Of a DNA stretch of 64,000 bases, positions 1 through 8,770 are shown piece by piece (position 1 is the first letter of the stretch; each line of letters begins with the position of its first letter). Origin of the DNA: Rhodospirillaceae bacterium (GTDB lineage Bacteria; Pseudomonadota; Gammaproteobacteria; Steroidobacterales; Rariloculaceae); contig JAHEEN010000001.1 of assembly GCA_024640685.1 (NCBI GenBank), positions 16,418 to 80,417 on the forward strand. The letters run 5' to 3'. Both the position numbers and the translations under genes were made by a program. The notes beneath the pieces are model-generated. The model was not told where the DNA came from. It worked only from the letters and a program-made list of their open reading frames with translations, and made no database searches.

Positions 1-796
1 ACTGAGTCGTCACGAACTTGTCGTCCGTTTCTTCCGAGCCGGCGTAGATGACGTCGGGCCGCTGCTCGGTATGGGTCAGCTCGAAGCGGCCGCCGGCGAA
101 CTGAGTTTTCCACAGCGGCTCGCCGCTGTCGTGACTGAAACGATAGAGATTGCCCATCGCGCCGAGAACGAATGTGCCGTCGTCGAGCTCGAACGGAGGG
201 CTCTGAACTGGGCTGACATCGGCCATGACGATCGCAGCGGCCATCAGCACTTGCATGAATCCGCCCATGCCGCTCGTCAGCGCATCGCTCTTCCACAAAC
301 GGCTGCCGTCGTCGATATCGTAGAGGAACAATGTCGCCGACGGGTTGCCGACCTCGAAGCCTGCTACGAGCAGGCTGCCGTTGCGCGGCAGGATGTAACG
401 AGCTGCGATCTGCGTCAGGTTCTCGGCCTGCGAGTCGAACACAATCCTGCCGTTCAGCATGTTAACGATAACCGTGCGCGAGTCGACTTGACCGTCGTCG
501 ACGAGCATCAGCGGCGAGCCGACGAGCTCCTCGAACGAGCCTTGGCGCAGGTTGCCGAGCTCGGGCAACGACCAACGCGGCAGGCCGGACTGGGCATCGA
601 CCGCATGCAGCCCTCCGGTCGTCGCTACGATCAGATCGCCGAGCGTCGTGACCTGTTGCCAGACGATCGCGCCCTCGAAATTGATGCTCCACGCGGGATC
701 GACGGCTGCTGCGCGGCCCGGTGCGAGGGATACGAGCAAAGCGAGCTGAGCGGCGATCAGGGCGAACATCGGGCGCCCCGAATGGCACTTGCGCAT
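1..796 (-). CDS. PQQ-like beta-propeller repeat protein (BamB-like), secreted; 3' end lies beyond the window start
   Basis: My own reverse-strand translation from ATG 796 (alternative 769) gives a signal peptide, MRKCHSGRPMFALIAAQLALLVSLAPGRAAA. Repeated blade motifs follow (GGLHAVDAQSGLPRW, LFLYDIDDGSRLWK, NLYRFSHDSGEPLWK). The frame stays open to nt 1, so it is absent from the ORF track. Confidence 0.6.
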   Translation of the reverse strand, partial: MRKCHSGRPMFALIAAQLALLVSLAPGRAAAVDPAWSINFEGAIVWQQVTTLGDLIVATTGGLHAVDAQSGLPRWSLPELGNLRQGSFEELVGSPLMLVDDGQVDSRTVIVNMLNGRIVFDSQAENLTQIAARYILPRNGSLLVAGFEVGNPSATLFLYDIDDGSRLWKSDALTSGMGGFMQVLMAAAIVMADVSPVQSPPFELDDGTFVLGAMGNLYRFSHDSGEPLWKTQFAGGRFELTHTEQRPDVIYAGSEETDDKFVTTQ

Positions 797-955
797 GGGG
801 ATTCTCCAGCGTTGGCACTGAGCCCAAAGGCTCACCGATTGCGGGATTCCGGTCCACGACGGCGATCACAATCCGGCGCGCCCCGTGCGTTGTCGCCCGA
901 TAGCGAGTCATGCAGAATAATGGCTCAACGAGATAGGTTGGCGAGGACTCGAAAT

Positions 956-1393
956 ATGACAGCTAGAAGAGCCACGATTACTGTCATGCTGTTCACGGGT
1001 GCAATTGCACTGACCGCTGCAGCGCACCACGGCGACGCCGGCCGCTATGAAGAGACGATCACGACGATATCGGGCACCGTCGTTGCATTGCAGCTGATCA
1101 ATCCGCACTCGCTGTTGATCTTCGACGTCGTTGACGAGGCGACAGGCCAGACCGTGCGCTGGCAGGCGGAAATCTCCAATGCCAACGGCCTTGCGAGAAT
1201 CGGCTGGACGCGTGAGACGCTGAAGCCCGGAGACCGAGTCACGATGTCGGGGCGCGTGCTCAAGAGCGGCGCACCATACATCAACTTGAGTGAGCGCTCG
1301 CGGCTCACGCGCACCGACACGTGCGAGGAACTCTATTACTCGGGCATGATTTTCGGCGAGCCGCCGGACTATCCGGCGCCGACTTGCGACTGA
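956..1393 (+). CDS. small secreted DUF6152-like protein (paralog 1), function unknown
   Basis: This is the 3' part of track ORF 71..1393. The ATG at 956 is preceded by GGCGAGG. The signal peptide MTARRATITVMLFTGAIALTAAA is followed by HHGDAGRY, LINPHS, WQAE and KPGD. It is roughly two-thirds identical by eye to 48522..48980. The 5' part of the track ORF is antisense to the BamB-like gene. Confidence 0.75.
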   Translation: MTARRATITVMLFTGAIALTAAAHHGDAGRYEETITTISGTVVALQLINPHSLLIFDVVDEATGQTVRWQAEISNANGLARIGWTRETLKPGDRVTMSGRVLKSGAPYINLSERSRLTRTDTCEELYYSGMIFGEPPDYPAPTCD

Positions 1394-1526
1394 TCGCTCG
1401 CCGCTGCGTCAGGCCGAGCGAATCCTGCACGGTCGAGGCGACCTGCAGCAAGAGCCATGCGACGACGACGTAACTCGCGGCTACGCGGAAGACATTGCGT
1501 CGTCTGAGCTCGGCGAAAAACGACAC
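1305..1526 (-). pseudogene. short ORF carrying only an N-terminal membrane-anchor motif; possible gene remnant
   Basis: The GTG at 1526 gives VSFFAELRRRNVFRVAASYVVVAWLLLQVASTVQDSLGL. As I recall, this motif opens much larger TPR/cyclase-type membrane proteins. The rest is a basic, low-complexity tail that runs 89 nt antisense into the 3' end of 956..1393. Confidence 0.3.
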
Positions 1527-1663
1527 GCAGTTCCGCTCGGCTTCTGCTCGTAGGCTCAGTCTACCGATTTCGCTCCGGCAATATGATCCTACAGACAATA
1601 GAAACCGCAGGGCGCCGTGCGCAGCCGCACGACTGTCCCGGCTTTACGCGTTGGGTCGAGCGG

Positions 1664-3310
1664 TTACTGCTCTGGCAGCGCCCAGGCCGTTAACGTCGTG
1701 CCGGCCGGCACGAGCACGAACTGGCGGCCGTCTAGCATGTACGTGATCGGCGACGTGCCCCAGAGTGCCGCGCCCATTTGGTAGCTCCATTTCGACTCGC
1801 CGGTCCGCGAGTCGAGCGCGATCAGATTACCCTGCTCGTCGCCGGTGAAGATCACGCCGCTCGCCGTCGTCAGCAGCCCCGCACCCGACGGTGTCGGATA
1901 GCGGTACTCCCAGAGCCGCTCGCCGGTACGCGGATCGAGCGCGCGCAGCGCACCGTAATGCGGCATGTCCGGGTCGTCGCGAATGTACTCGCCGGCGCCA
2001 CCTGTGTAACGCTCCCCGGCAAGGTACTCTTGCTCCCAGGCGTAATAGGTCATGCAGCCTTCGCGTGCGTTGACGAAGAATACGCCCGTCGCCGGATCGA
2101 ACGTCGGCGGCCAGAAGTTCGTGCCGCCGCGTAGATCCGGGCACGTAACCTCACCGTCCTCGGTCGGCGTATGGCCCGGTAGCAGAATAGGCCGGCCGTC
2201 AACACCGACCTCGGTTGCCCAGGTCGTGCGCACGAACGGGGTTGCGACGAGCAGCTCGCCGGTCGCGCGGTCTAGCGTGTAGTAAAAGCCGTTGCGGTTC
2301 GCGAACATCACGACTTCGCGCATCCGGCCCTGGATCTCGATATCGCCGAGGATCGGCACCTCGGTCGCGTCCCAGTCGTGCAGGTCGTGGGGCGTGAACT
2401 GATAGTGCCACGCGAGCTCGCCGGTATCGGCATCGAGCGCGACGATCGAATCGCTGTAGAGATTATCGCCGAGCCGGCTTTCGCTGTGATAGTCCGGCCC
2501 CGGATTGCCGATGCCGTAATAGAGCAGGTTCAGATCCGGGTCGAATGCGCCCGTAACCCAGACGCTCGCACCGCCGGTCCGCCACGACTCGCCGGCCCAG
2601 GTATCGTTGCCGGGATCCTCAGGCCCCGGCACCGTATAGAATCGCCACGCGCGCTCACCGCTCTGTGCGTCGTAGGCGTCGATGAAGCCGCGGATGCCGT
2701 ACTCACCGCCGGCGACGCCAACAATGACCTTGCCGTTGGCGATAATCGGCGCGATCGTTGCCGCGTAGCCGATGCTGTAGTCCTCCATCGTCGCGTCCCA
2801 GACGACTCGCCCAGTGGCGCTGTCGAGTGCGAGCACGTGTGCGTCGAGAGTGACCATGAACAACCGATCGCCGAGCATCGCGAAGCCGCGGTTCACGAGA
2901 CCACAGCAGGCCGTCAGGTTCTCGGGCAGCTCGCGGCGGTATTCCCAGAACGTCCGTCCGCTGCGCGCGTCGATGGCCCAGGCGAAGTTGAGCGGTCCGG
3001 TCACGTACAGAACGTTGTCGTGGTAAATCGGCGTCGTCTCGAACTTCTCGATGAGTCCGGTCTGAAACGTCCATTGCGCAACGAGCTGATCGACGTTGTC
3101 GGGCGTGATTTGCGTCAGCGGGCTGTGGCGTTGGTTGTCATAGCTGCCGCCGAAAGTAAGCCAGCGCGAGCCATCCGCCGGTAGGCCCGAGCGAATGTCG
3201 TTCTCGGTCACGAGTGAGCGTTGCTGCGCGAGGGCGGCCGTGCCCAACAGCAGCGCAGTGAGGCAGCACAAGGCCCGAATCGATAGCGTGTCCATGTTTG
3301 AGTTCCTCAT
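1664..3310 (-). CDS. PQQ-dependent dehydrogenase, methanol/ethanol (quinoprotein alcohol dehydrogenase) family
   Basis: 548 aa with a signal peptide (LLLGTAALAQQ). It has the vicinal Cys-Cys (LTACCGLVNRG), W-rich propeller repeats and HDLHDWDATE at the catalytic Asp region. Its ATG overlaps the cytochrome c stop as ATGA at 3307-3310. Confidence 0.9.
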   Translation of the reverse strand: MRNSNMDTLSIRALCCLTALLLGTAALAQQRSLVTENDIRSGLPADGSRWLTFGGSYDNQRHSPLTQITPDNVDQLVAQWTFQTGLIEKFETTPIYHDNVLYVTGPLNFAWAIDARSGRTFWEYRRELPENLTACCGLVNRGFAMLGDRLFMVTLDAHVLALDSATGRVVWDATMEDYSIGYAATIAPIIANGKVIVGVAGGEYGIRGFIDAYDAQSGERAWRFYTVPGPEDPGNDTWAGESWRTGGASVWVTGAFDPDLNLLYYGIGNPGPDYHSESRLGDNLYSDSIVALDADTGELAWHYQFTPHDLHDWDATEVPILGDIEIQGRMREVVMFANRNGFYYTLDRATGELLVATPFVRTTWATEVGVDGRPILLPGHTPTEDGEVTCPDLRGGTNFWPPTFDPATGVFFVNAREGCMTYYAWEQEYLAGERYTGGAGEYIRDDPDMPHYGALRALDPRTGERLWEYRYPTPSGAGLLTTASGVIFTGDEQGNLIALDSRTGESKWSYQMGAALWGTSPITYMLDGRQFVLVPAGTTLTAWALPEQ

Positions 3311-4137
3311 TCCACGGCTGCGTCGTGGCCACGCAGCGTCACGAGATAGCTGACAACGTCCTCGAGTGCGGCGTCGCTGAGCATCTCGGGCGTGAACGTC
3401 GGCATCATCGAGTCGATCGAGACGTCGAGGGATTGCAACGTCGTCTTATCGAAGCCCTGGATTCGACCGGCAGCATCGATGACTTGAATCGAGAACAGGT
3501 CCTGGTTCCTGGCAACGCCTTGCACGCGCGCGCCATCGGCATCGGTCAACGTCGTTGGCGCATAGGCCGGATCGACCATCTTGCCGTAGTCGCCGCGAAT
3601 GCGTTGCCTCAGTGCGTCGACGGATCGCGCGATGCCGATACGCGAAAGATCGGGCCCGAGGCGGCCGCCGTTCGCGTTGACTTGGTGGCAGACCGAGCAC
3701 GTGGTCTCGAAGATCTCGCGGCCGCGCCCGGGATCGCCATGCGTCTGAGTCAGCGTCGGTGTCGAAATCGATTTCAAGTATGCGATGACCTGCCAGACCT
3801 CCGAGTCCCGCGTTCGCACGCGGTCGATCGCGCGCATGTTCGTGCCTGGAATTCCCTCGGTGATCGTCCGGAAGATGCCTTCGTCGGTTCGTCCGGCCGC
3901 CCAGAGCTGCGTTAGGTCCGGCCCACGCACGCCGCGGGCGTCGGTTCCATGGCAATCAGCGCAACGTAAGCGGTAGACGCCCATGCCAGTGCGGATCGCG
4001 TCCGGCTCCTCGGCGAACGCCTGCGTAGGCGGCACATCTTGCGCCACGAGCGAATCGCCTGTGACGAGGCTCAGTAGCGCGAGAACCGCCGGAGCGAAAG
4101 CGCGGCCCAATAACGTTTTCGTCAGCGAGCAGGTCAT
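3307..4137 (-). CDS. dihaem c-type cytochrome (probable electron acceptor of the PQQ dehydrogenase)
   Basis: 276 aa with a signal peptide and two CxxCH motifs (CADCHG, CSVCHQ). It is translationally coupled to the downstream PQQ dehydrogenase. Confidence 0.85.
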   Translation of the reverse strand: MTCSLTKTLLGRAFAPAVLALLSLVTGDSLVAQDVPPTQAFAEEPDAIRTGMGVYRLRCADCHGTDARGVRGPDLTQLWAAGRTDEGIFRTITEGIPGTNMRAIDRVRTRDSEVWQVIAYLKSISTPTLTQTHGDPGRGREIFETTCSVCHQVNANGGRLGPDLSRIGIARSVDALRQRIRGDYGKMVDPAYAPTTLTDADGARVQGVARNQDLFSIQVIDAAGRIQGFDKTTLQSLDVSIDSMMPTFTPEMLSDAALEDVVSYLVTLRGHDAAVE

Positions 4138-4199
4138 GCGAATGCCCTCATTCTCGATGAAGATGTCGTGGCGCCGCTTTCTTGAAGCGCTGCGAACCG

Positions 4200-4724
4200 T
4201 TATTGAAGGTCGGCCGCAATTGCCGCGATGCCCGCTAAGGCGCAGGCATGGTCGGCCGGCTGGCCGCCGCTGGCACCCGAGACACCGACGGCGCCGATCG
4301 GCTCCTCACCCTTCATGATCGGCACGCCGCCACCGAGGCCGACGATGTTCGTCAACGAGCGTTGTCCCGACAGCTCTTGATCGTAGGCTGTGCGGTCACG
4401 CGTATCGATCGTCGAGCGACGGAACGTGCGTGCCGTGTAGGCCTTGCGAAATGCGAGCTCCCAGTTGTGCGGCGAGGCCGTGTCGGCGCGAACCTGCATG
4501 ATGGGTTGGCCCGCGCGATCGACGACCGCGATCGTGACTGTGACGAGCGTGTCCGACACGCTGCACTCGTCGATGATCGCATCGATGATCTGGCGCGCTT
4601 GTGCCGCGGACAGGTTGGACTGGCTCAGCGTCTGCGCTTGGCTCGCGCTGGCTAGCGCGCTGACGAGCAAGGCTCCGACGAGCGCAGTCGTTGTTTTGGC
4701 ATTGGAAATCGATTTCGCGATCAT
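4200..4724 (-). CDS. GlcG/HbpS-like (DUF336) haem-binding family protein, secreted
   Basis: 174 aa with signal peptide ALVGALLVSALASASQAQ. Family-typical motifs are present: VTIAVVDRAGQP, GGGVPI and IGAVGVSGASGGQ. Confidence 0.8.
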   Translation of the reverse strand: MIAKSISNAKTTTALVGALLVSALASASQAQTLSQSNLSAAQARQIIDAIIDECSVSDTLVTVTIAVVDRAGQPIMQVRADTASPHNWELAFRKAYTARTFRRSTIDTRDRTAYDQELSGQRSLTNIVGLGGGVPIMKGEEPIGAVGVSGASGGQPADHACALAGIAAIAADLQ

Positions 4725-4926
4725 CGGTCACCCCCTCGCGCAGGCGCGTGCCTACGTCGTTTTTTCGTTATCGGTGCGGTCGAATGCCACTCGATGCTAC
4801 GTCGCCTGCCGGCTCGAGTCTACCGGTCTACTGTGGCGATCCAGCGGTATGCGCCAGAAAGGGCATTCAGTGCCTATTAATTAAGGTGTGCAGCCGCTTT
4901 CCGCAGACCTCAGGCGGCTCAGATAC

Positions 4927-6126
4927 TCACCAGCGATAAAGACGTGCAGCCAGTTGCCGTGGATAACGATCGCTGCCACGTGGCAGTTCGACGAAGCCAG
5001 TCGTGTTGGCAAGCGACACGAAGTCACCGGACGTATTCGTCGGTCGCGGCCACGCGAGCATATCGTCATCGGACGCCGCACTGACGGTAACGGGTAAGAA
5101 GTACGTCAAGTCGGGCGCGAAATCGACCGCCTCGGCGAGCCTGACCCACTCCGGCTCGTCCGGAGGCAGACCTAGCGCCCGATTCAGTGCCGGGAGCACG
5201 TATCGATACAAGCACACGAGTGTCGATACCGGATTGCCCGGCAGCGCAAACACTGGTTTTTCATTGGCGGAGATCCCGAACCACATCGGCCGCCCGGGAC
5301 GCTGCTCGATCTTGTGGAACACGAGCTCGACGCCGAGTTCCTCGAGCACGCCTGGGACGAGGTCGAACTGGCCCATCGACACGCCGCCACTCAGTATGAG
5401 GACATCGTTGTCGTCGTGGAGCTCACGAATTCGCGTGAGCAGCTGTGCTCGCTCGTCCTTGAGTAATGCCCGCGTCACGACCGCGCTGCAGTGTCGGGAC
5501 AGGGCGGCGGCGATTGCACGGTCGTTGCTCGAACGGATTTGATGGGGTGCGACAGGCTCGCCGGGCTCGACGAGCTCGTCGCCGGTCGAGATCACGGCGA
5601 CGCGAGGAGCCTTGGAAACCTCGGCCTCGGCGAGACCCGCCGCGGCGAGAATCGCGATCTCCGGTGGGCCGAGCCGCATGCCCGGCGCAAGCAGTGTGCT
5701 GCCGCGCGGCCGGTCCGAGCCCTGTGGATGGACGAACTGCCGCGCAGCAACGTCGAGTGTGACCTCGACGTGGACGATGCCGTCTTCGCGCCAGATGCGC
5801 TCGACCGGGATAATCGTATCGGCGCCGTGCGGCAGCATTGCGCCAGTCATGATCTCTACGCACTGGCCGCTTGCGGTGACTTCGAGCGCCGGAGAGCCTG
5901 CTGCCTGCACGCCGATCGGGTCGAAGTCACGCATGCCGGCTTGCCAATCGCAGTGCGCGATCGCAATGCCGTCCATTGTGACGCGATCGAACGGTGGCTG
6001 GTCGCGCTCGGCATAGACCGATTGTCGCAGTACTCGACCCGTCGCGGAGTCGAGAGGAATCGTCTCGCTTGGTAGGCGGCTAATTCGATCGAGTATCAGG
6101 GCTTCGGCATCGGCGACGTCGGTCAC
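4927..6126 (-). CDS. moeA: molybdopterin molybdotransferase MoeA
   Basis: The C-terminal 399 codons of track ORF 4927..6588 read (V)TDVADAEALILDRISRLP...PPFDRVTMDGIAI...GDELV...ILSGGVSMGQFD. The in-frame GTG at 6126 is chosen as the start. The upstream 150 aa are Arg/Pro-rich and non-homologous. The start is uncertain. Confidence 0.85.
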   Translation of the reverse strand: MTDVADAEALILDRISRLPSETIPLDSATGRVLRQSVYAERDQPPFDRVTMDGIAIAHCDWQAGMRDFDPIGVQAAGSPALEVTASGQCVEIMTGAMLPHGADTIIPVERIWREDGIVHVEVTLDVAARQFVHPQGSDRPRGSTLLAPGMRLGPPEIAILAAAGLAEAEVSKAPRVAVISTGDELVEPGEPVAPHQIRSSNDRAIAAALSRHCSAVVTRALLKDERAQLLTRIRELHDDNDVLILSGGVSMGQFDLVPGVLEELGVELVFHKIEQRPGRPMWFGISANEKPVFALPGNPVSTLVCLYRYVLPALNRALGLPPDEPEWVRLAEAVDFAPDLTYFLPVTVSAASDDDMLAWPRPTNTSGDFVSLANTTGFVELPRGSDRYPRQLAARLYRW

Positions 6127-6319
6127 GTGGTCGTATCTCGGTAGGGCGAAGTCTGCCGGCTCGATGGTGCCACAGGGGAACTTGTCGTTTCTAGCAGCAG
6201 TCTGACTGCACGGACGGAGCAGCGGGGGAACTGTCGACGATGCGGCGACGCTGCCTGGCCTCGGTCTGCACGTTCGCGCCCGTGCTCGAGTGCTATACTC
6301 GACCGGCTTGGAGAGAAAC

Positions 6320-6808
6320 ATGAACCGGCTACTTTTCATCGGTCTCGCATGGCTGCTGGTGCCCGGTTTAGCCGCGGCGCAATCGACCGACAACCGCACG
6401 ATCATCGGCTCGGGAAACGAGTTCCTGTCGGCGGGATCGTTTGCGATCAGGGTCGGCCAGTACGACGAAGGCATTCGCCTGACCGAGCTCGGCCTGCGGC
6501 GATACCATCCGAGCCTGCAGGATCGCGCATCTGCGTTCTCGAATTTGTGCGCCGCATGGGCCGCGAAGGGCGAGCCCGATCGAGCCATCGACTTCTGCGA
6601 TCAATCGTTACGCCTGAGCTCGAACAACTGGCGCGCGTACAGTAATCGCTCCTACGCGTACTTCCTCAAAGGCTTGTTCGCAGAGGCGACGATCGATCTG
6701 GATTCGGCCGCAGCGATCAATCCCAAAGCGCGTCAGGTATTGCAGATCCGCGGCATGATCAACGAGCAGGGCCTGCAGCCGCGTGTGATCATGGAGGATC
6801 ATCAATAG
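6320..6808 (+). CDS. TPR-repeat secreted protein
   Basis: The ATG at 6320 sits behind GGAGAG. The signal peptide is MNRLLFIGLAWLLVPGLAAAQ. TPR-like repeats follow (AFSNLCAAWAAKGEPDRAIDFCDQSLRL, WRAYSNRSYAYFLKGLFAEA). Confidence 0.7.
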   Translation: MNRLLFIGLAWLLVPGLAAAQSTDNRTIIGSGNEFLSAGSFAIRVGQYDEGIRLTELGLRRYHPSLQDRASAFSNLCAAWAAKGEPDRAIDFCDQSLRLSSNNWRAYSNRSYAYFLKGLFAEATIDLDSAAAINPKARQVLQIRGMINEQGLQPRVIMEDHQ

Positions 6809-6933
6809 CCCGGCAGCCGCGAATACGGTTCGCTGTCGGCGCGTTATCGATTCTCCTCTCAGCGCCGCAGGCCGTTTTCGCCCAACGAAGCGCGGGCTCT
6901 GCGCCGATCGATCCGCTCGGCACGTGGCGCTGT

Positions 6934-7563
6934 GTGCTCTACGGTAATCCGTCGGTCGATGACGAGCGTGTATTGCTGCGTTTTGCGCCAGATAGCTCGA
7001 CGCATATGGCGCGCTGGAGCACGCAAGGTAACCCGGCGTGGCTGCGTATTTCCGACTGGCAAATCGTCGAGGACCAGCTGCGGTTCATTGACTCGCGCAG
7101 CAGCCGCTGGTTCGAGGTCGATTTGGCGCGGGAGACGTTGAGTGGGGAATGGCGCACGTACAATCTGCTCGGCGGCTGGTGGTGCTCGAAGGCCGGCGAA
7201 GAGACCGGGTCGGGGATCGATATCTTGGGCAGGGCCGATTCGACCGACGAACGTGACACACGACGTTTGATTCCGGAAATCATGGCGACCCCGACGTTCC
7301 CGATTCAGGCCGTGCGCGAAGCGCGTGAAGGCCGCGTCGTGTTGTGCTTCATCGTCGAGCCGTCGGGCGAGGTCTACGAGCCGGAGTTCGTCGAGCTGAC
7401 CGATGACATTTTTCGCGCGACGAGCCTCGATGCGTTGATGCGCTCGCGTTACAAACCCTGGGACCCCGATCGCGACGGCGGCGCGCGGCCTGCGTGCCGC
7501 AGCTTCGTCTATCGGCTCGACTACAGAAACGAGACGTCGACGGGCGCAGATCAGGACCAATAG
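6934..7563 (+). CDS. TonB C-terminal domain-containing protein (start uncertain)
   Basis: The C-terminal ~80 aa look like a TonB_C fold (FPIQAVREAREGRVVLCFIVEPSGEVYEPEFVE...ALMRSRYKPW). The first canonical start is the GTG at 6934, but a signal-peptide-like sequence is encoded in frame upstream (see findings). Confidence 0.6.
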   Translation: MLYGNPSVDDERVLLRFAPDSSTHMARWSTQGNPAWLRISDWQIVEDQLRFIDSRSSRWFEVDLARETLSGEWRTYNLLGGWWCSKAGEETGSGIDILGRADSTDERDTRRLIPEIMATPTFPIQAVREAREGRVVLCFIVEPSGEVYEPEFVELTDDIFRATSLDALMRSRYKPWDPDRDGGARPACRSFVYRLDYRNETSTGADQDQ

Positions 7564-7616
7564 CGCCGATCGCATCCGGGGGGCACGTTGCGAGTTGGGC
7601 CCCTAGCCGTCCGGTT

Positions 7617-8702
7617 TCAGACCAGATCTCTCAACTCGATGTGCGCGCGCCGCGAAACGGCCATCCACGGCGCGATATTGTCGGCGAAGTCCCGATAGGC
7701 CGCATAGACCCGGCCGATAGCCTCATCCGCTGCCGCGATCTCGTCCATGACCTCGCTGCTGTAGCGCCTGAGAGCGCCGAGTACGTCGTCGGGAAACCGC
7801 CTGAGCTCGACGCCGTGCTCGTTGACCAATGTGCTCAATCCCTGGTTGTTGCGGGCGTTGAACTCTGCGAACACGTAATCGGCCTCGGCCATGCAGGCGG
7901 TCTCGATGATCGCTTGGAGCTCCGGTGACAGTGTTGCCCACGCGTCTGCCGAGACTAGCAGCTCCAACACGCCCGACGGCTCCTGCCAGCCCGGGTAGTA
8001 GTAATAACGCGCCGCCTGATGGAGGCCGAATGCGAGATCGTTGTAAGGCCCGACCCACTCTGTTGCGTCGATCGCGCCAGTCTGTAGTGCCGTGAATACC
8101 TCCGTTGCCGGCAGATTGACCGGCAGGGCTCCCGCGCGCTGCATGACCTCGCCGCCGATCCCCGGGATTCGCATCTTGAGGCCGACGAGATCGTCGACGC
8201 TTGCAATCTCGCGATTGAACCAGCCGCCCATCTGCGGCCCGGTCTGTGCAGCGATGAACGGCACGACGTTCTGAGCGGCATAGGCTTCGCGATACAACTC
8301 CACGCCGCCGCCGTGGTACATCCATGCGTTGAACTCGTCCGACTGCATACCGAATGGAATGCTGCCGAATACCTGCGCGGCCGGCAGCTTGCCGCGCCAG
8401 TAGATCGGAGCGCTGTGGCCCAGCTCGATCGTGCCGCGCGAGACTGCATCGAGGACTTCGAACGCCGGTACGAGCTCTCCGGCTGCGAAAATCTGAATCT
8501 CGATGCGGCCACCGGACAGCGTCTGGATACGTTCGGCCAGACGATTCGCCGACACGCCGTGGCCTGGGAAATTCGGCGGCCACGACGTCACCATGCGCCA
8601 TCGATGGCGCTCATCTGTCGCCGTCGGTGCGGTTTGATCCGTCGATTGGGTGCACGCGGCCAACGCGCCCACGCCACCGTAGAGGAAGGTTCGTCGTTGC
8701 AT
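7617..8702 (-). CDS. TRAP transporter substrate-binding protein (DctP-type), Tat signal and lipobox
   Basis: The internal ATG at 8702 gives [17 protein letters not shown] (twin-arginine motif plus L-A-A-C). TRAP solute-receptor-like sequence follows ([38 protein letters not shown]). No dctQ/dctM is adjacent. Confidence 0.85.
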   Translation of the reverse strand: MQRRTFLYGGVGALAACTQSTDQTAPTATDERHRWRMVTSWPPNFPGHGVSANRLAERIQTLSGGRIEIQIFAAGELVPAFEVLDAVSRGTIELGHSAPIYWRGKLPAAQVFGSIPFGMQSDEFNAWMYHGGGVELYREAYAAQNVVPFIAAQTGPQMGGWFNREIASVDDLVGLKMRIPGIGGEVMQRAGALPVNLPATEVFTALQTGAIDATEWVGPYNDLAFGLHQAARYYYYPGWQEPSGVLELLVSADAWATLSPELQAIIETACMAEADYVFAEFNARNNQGLSTLVNEHGVELRRFPDDVLGALRRYSSEVMDEIAAADEAIGRVYAAYRDFADNIAPWMAVSRRAHIELRDLV

Positions 8703-8770
8703 GGCCGAAATCCTGCTCGGCGGGAAGAAGGCTGGCATCGGATTGTGCCAGACCGTTCGATTCAACGACA

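Noticed and set aside
71-955. 5' two-thirds of the 440-aa track ORF 71..1393
   Set aside because: It lies antisense to a convincing signal-peptide plus beta-propeller gene (1..796, minus strand). Its translation is Arg/Ala-rich with no motifs. Only the part from ATG 956 is homologous to the other DUF6152-like paralogs.
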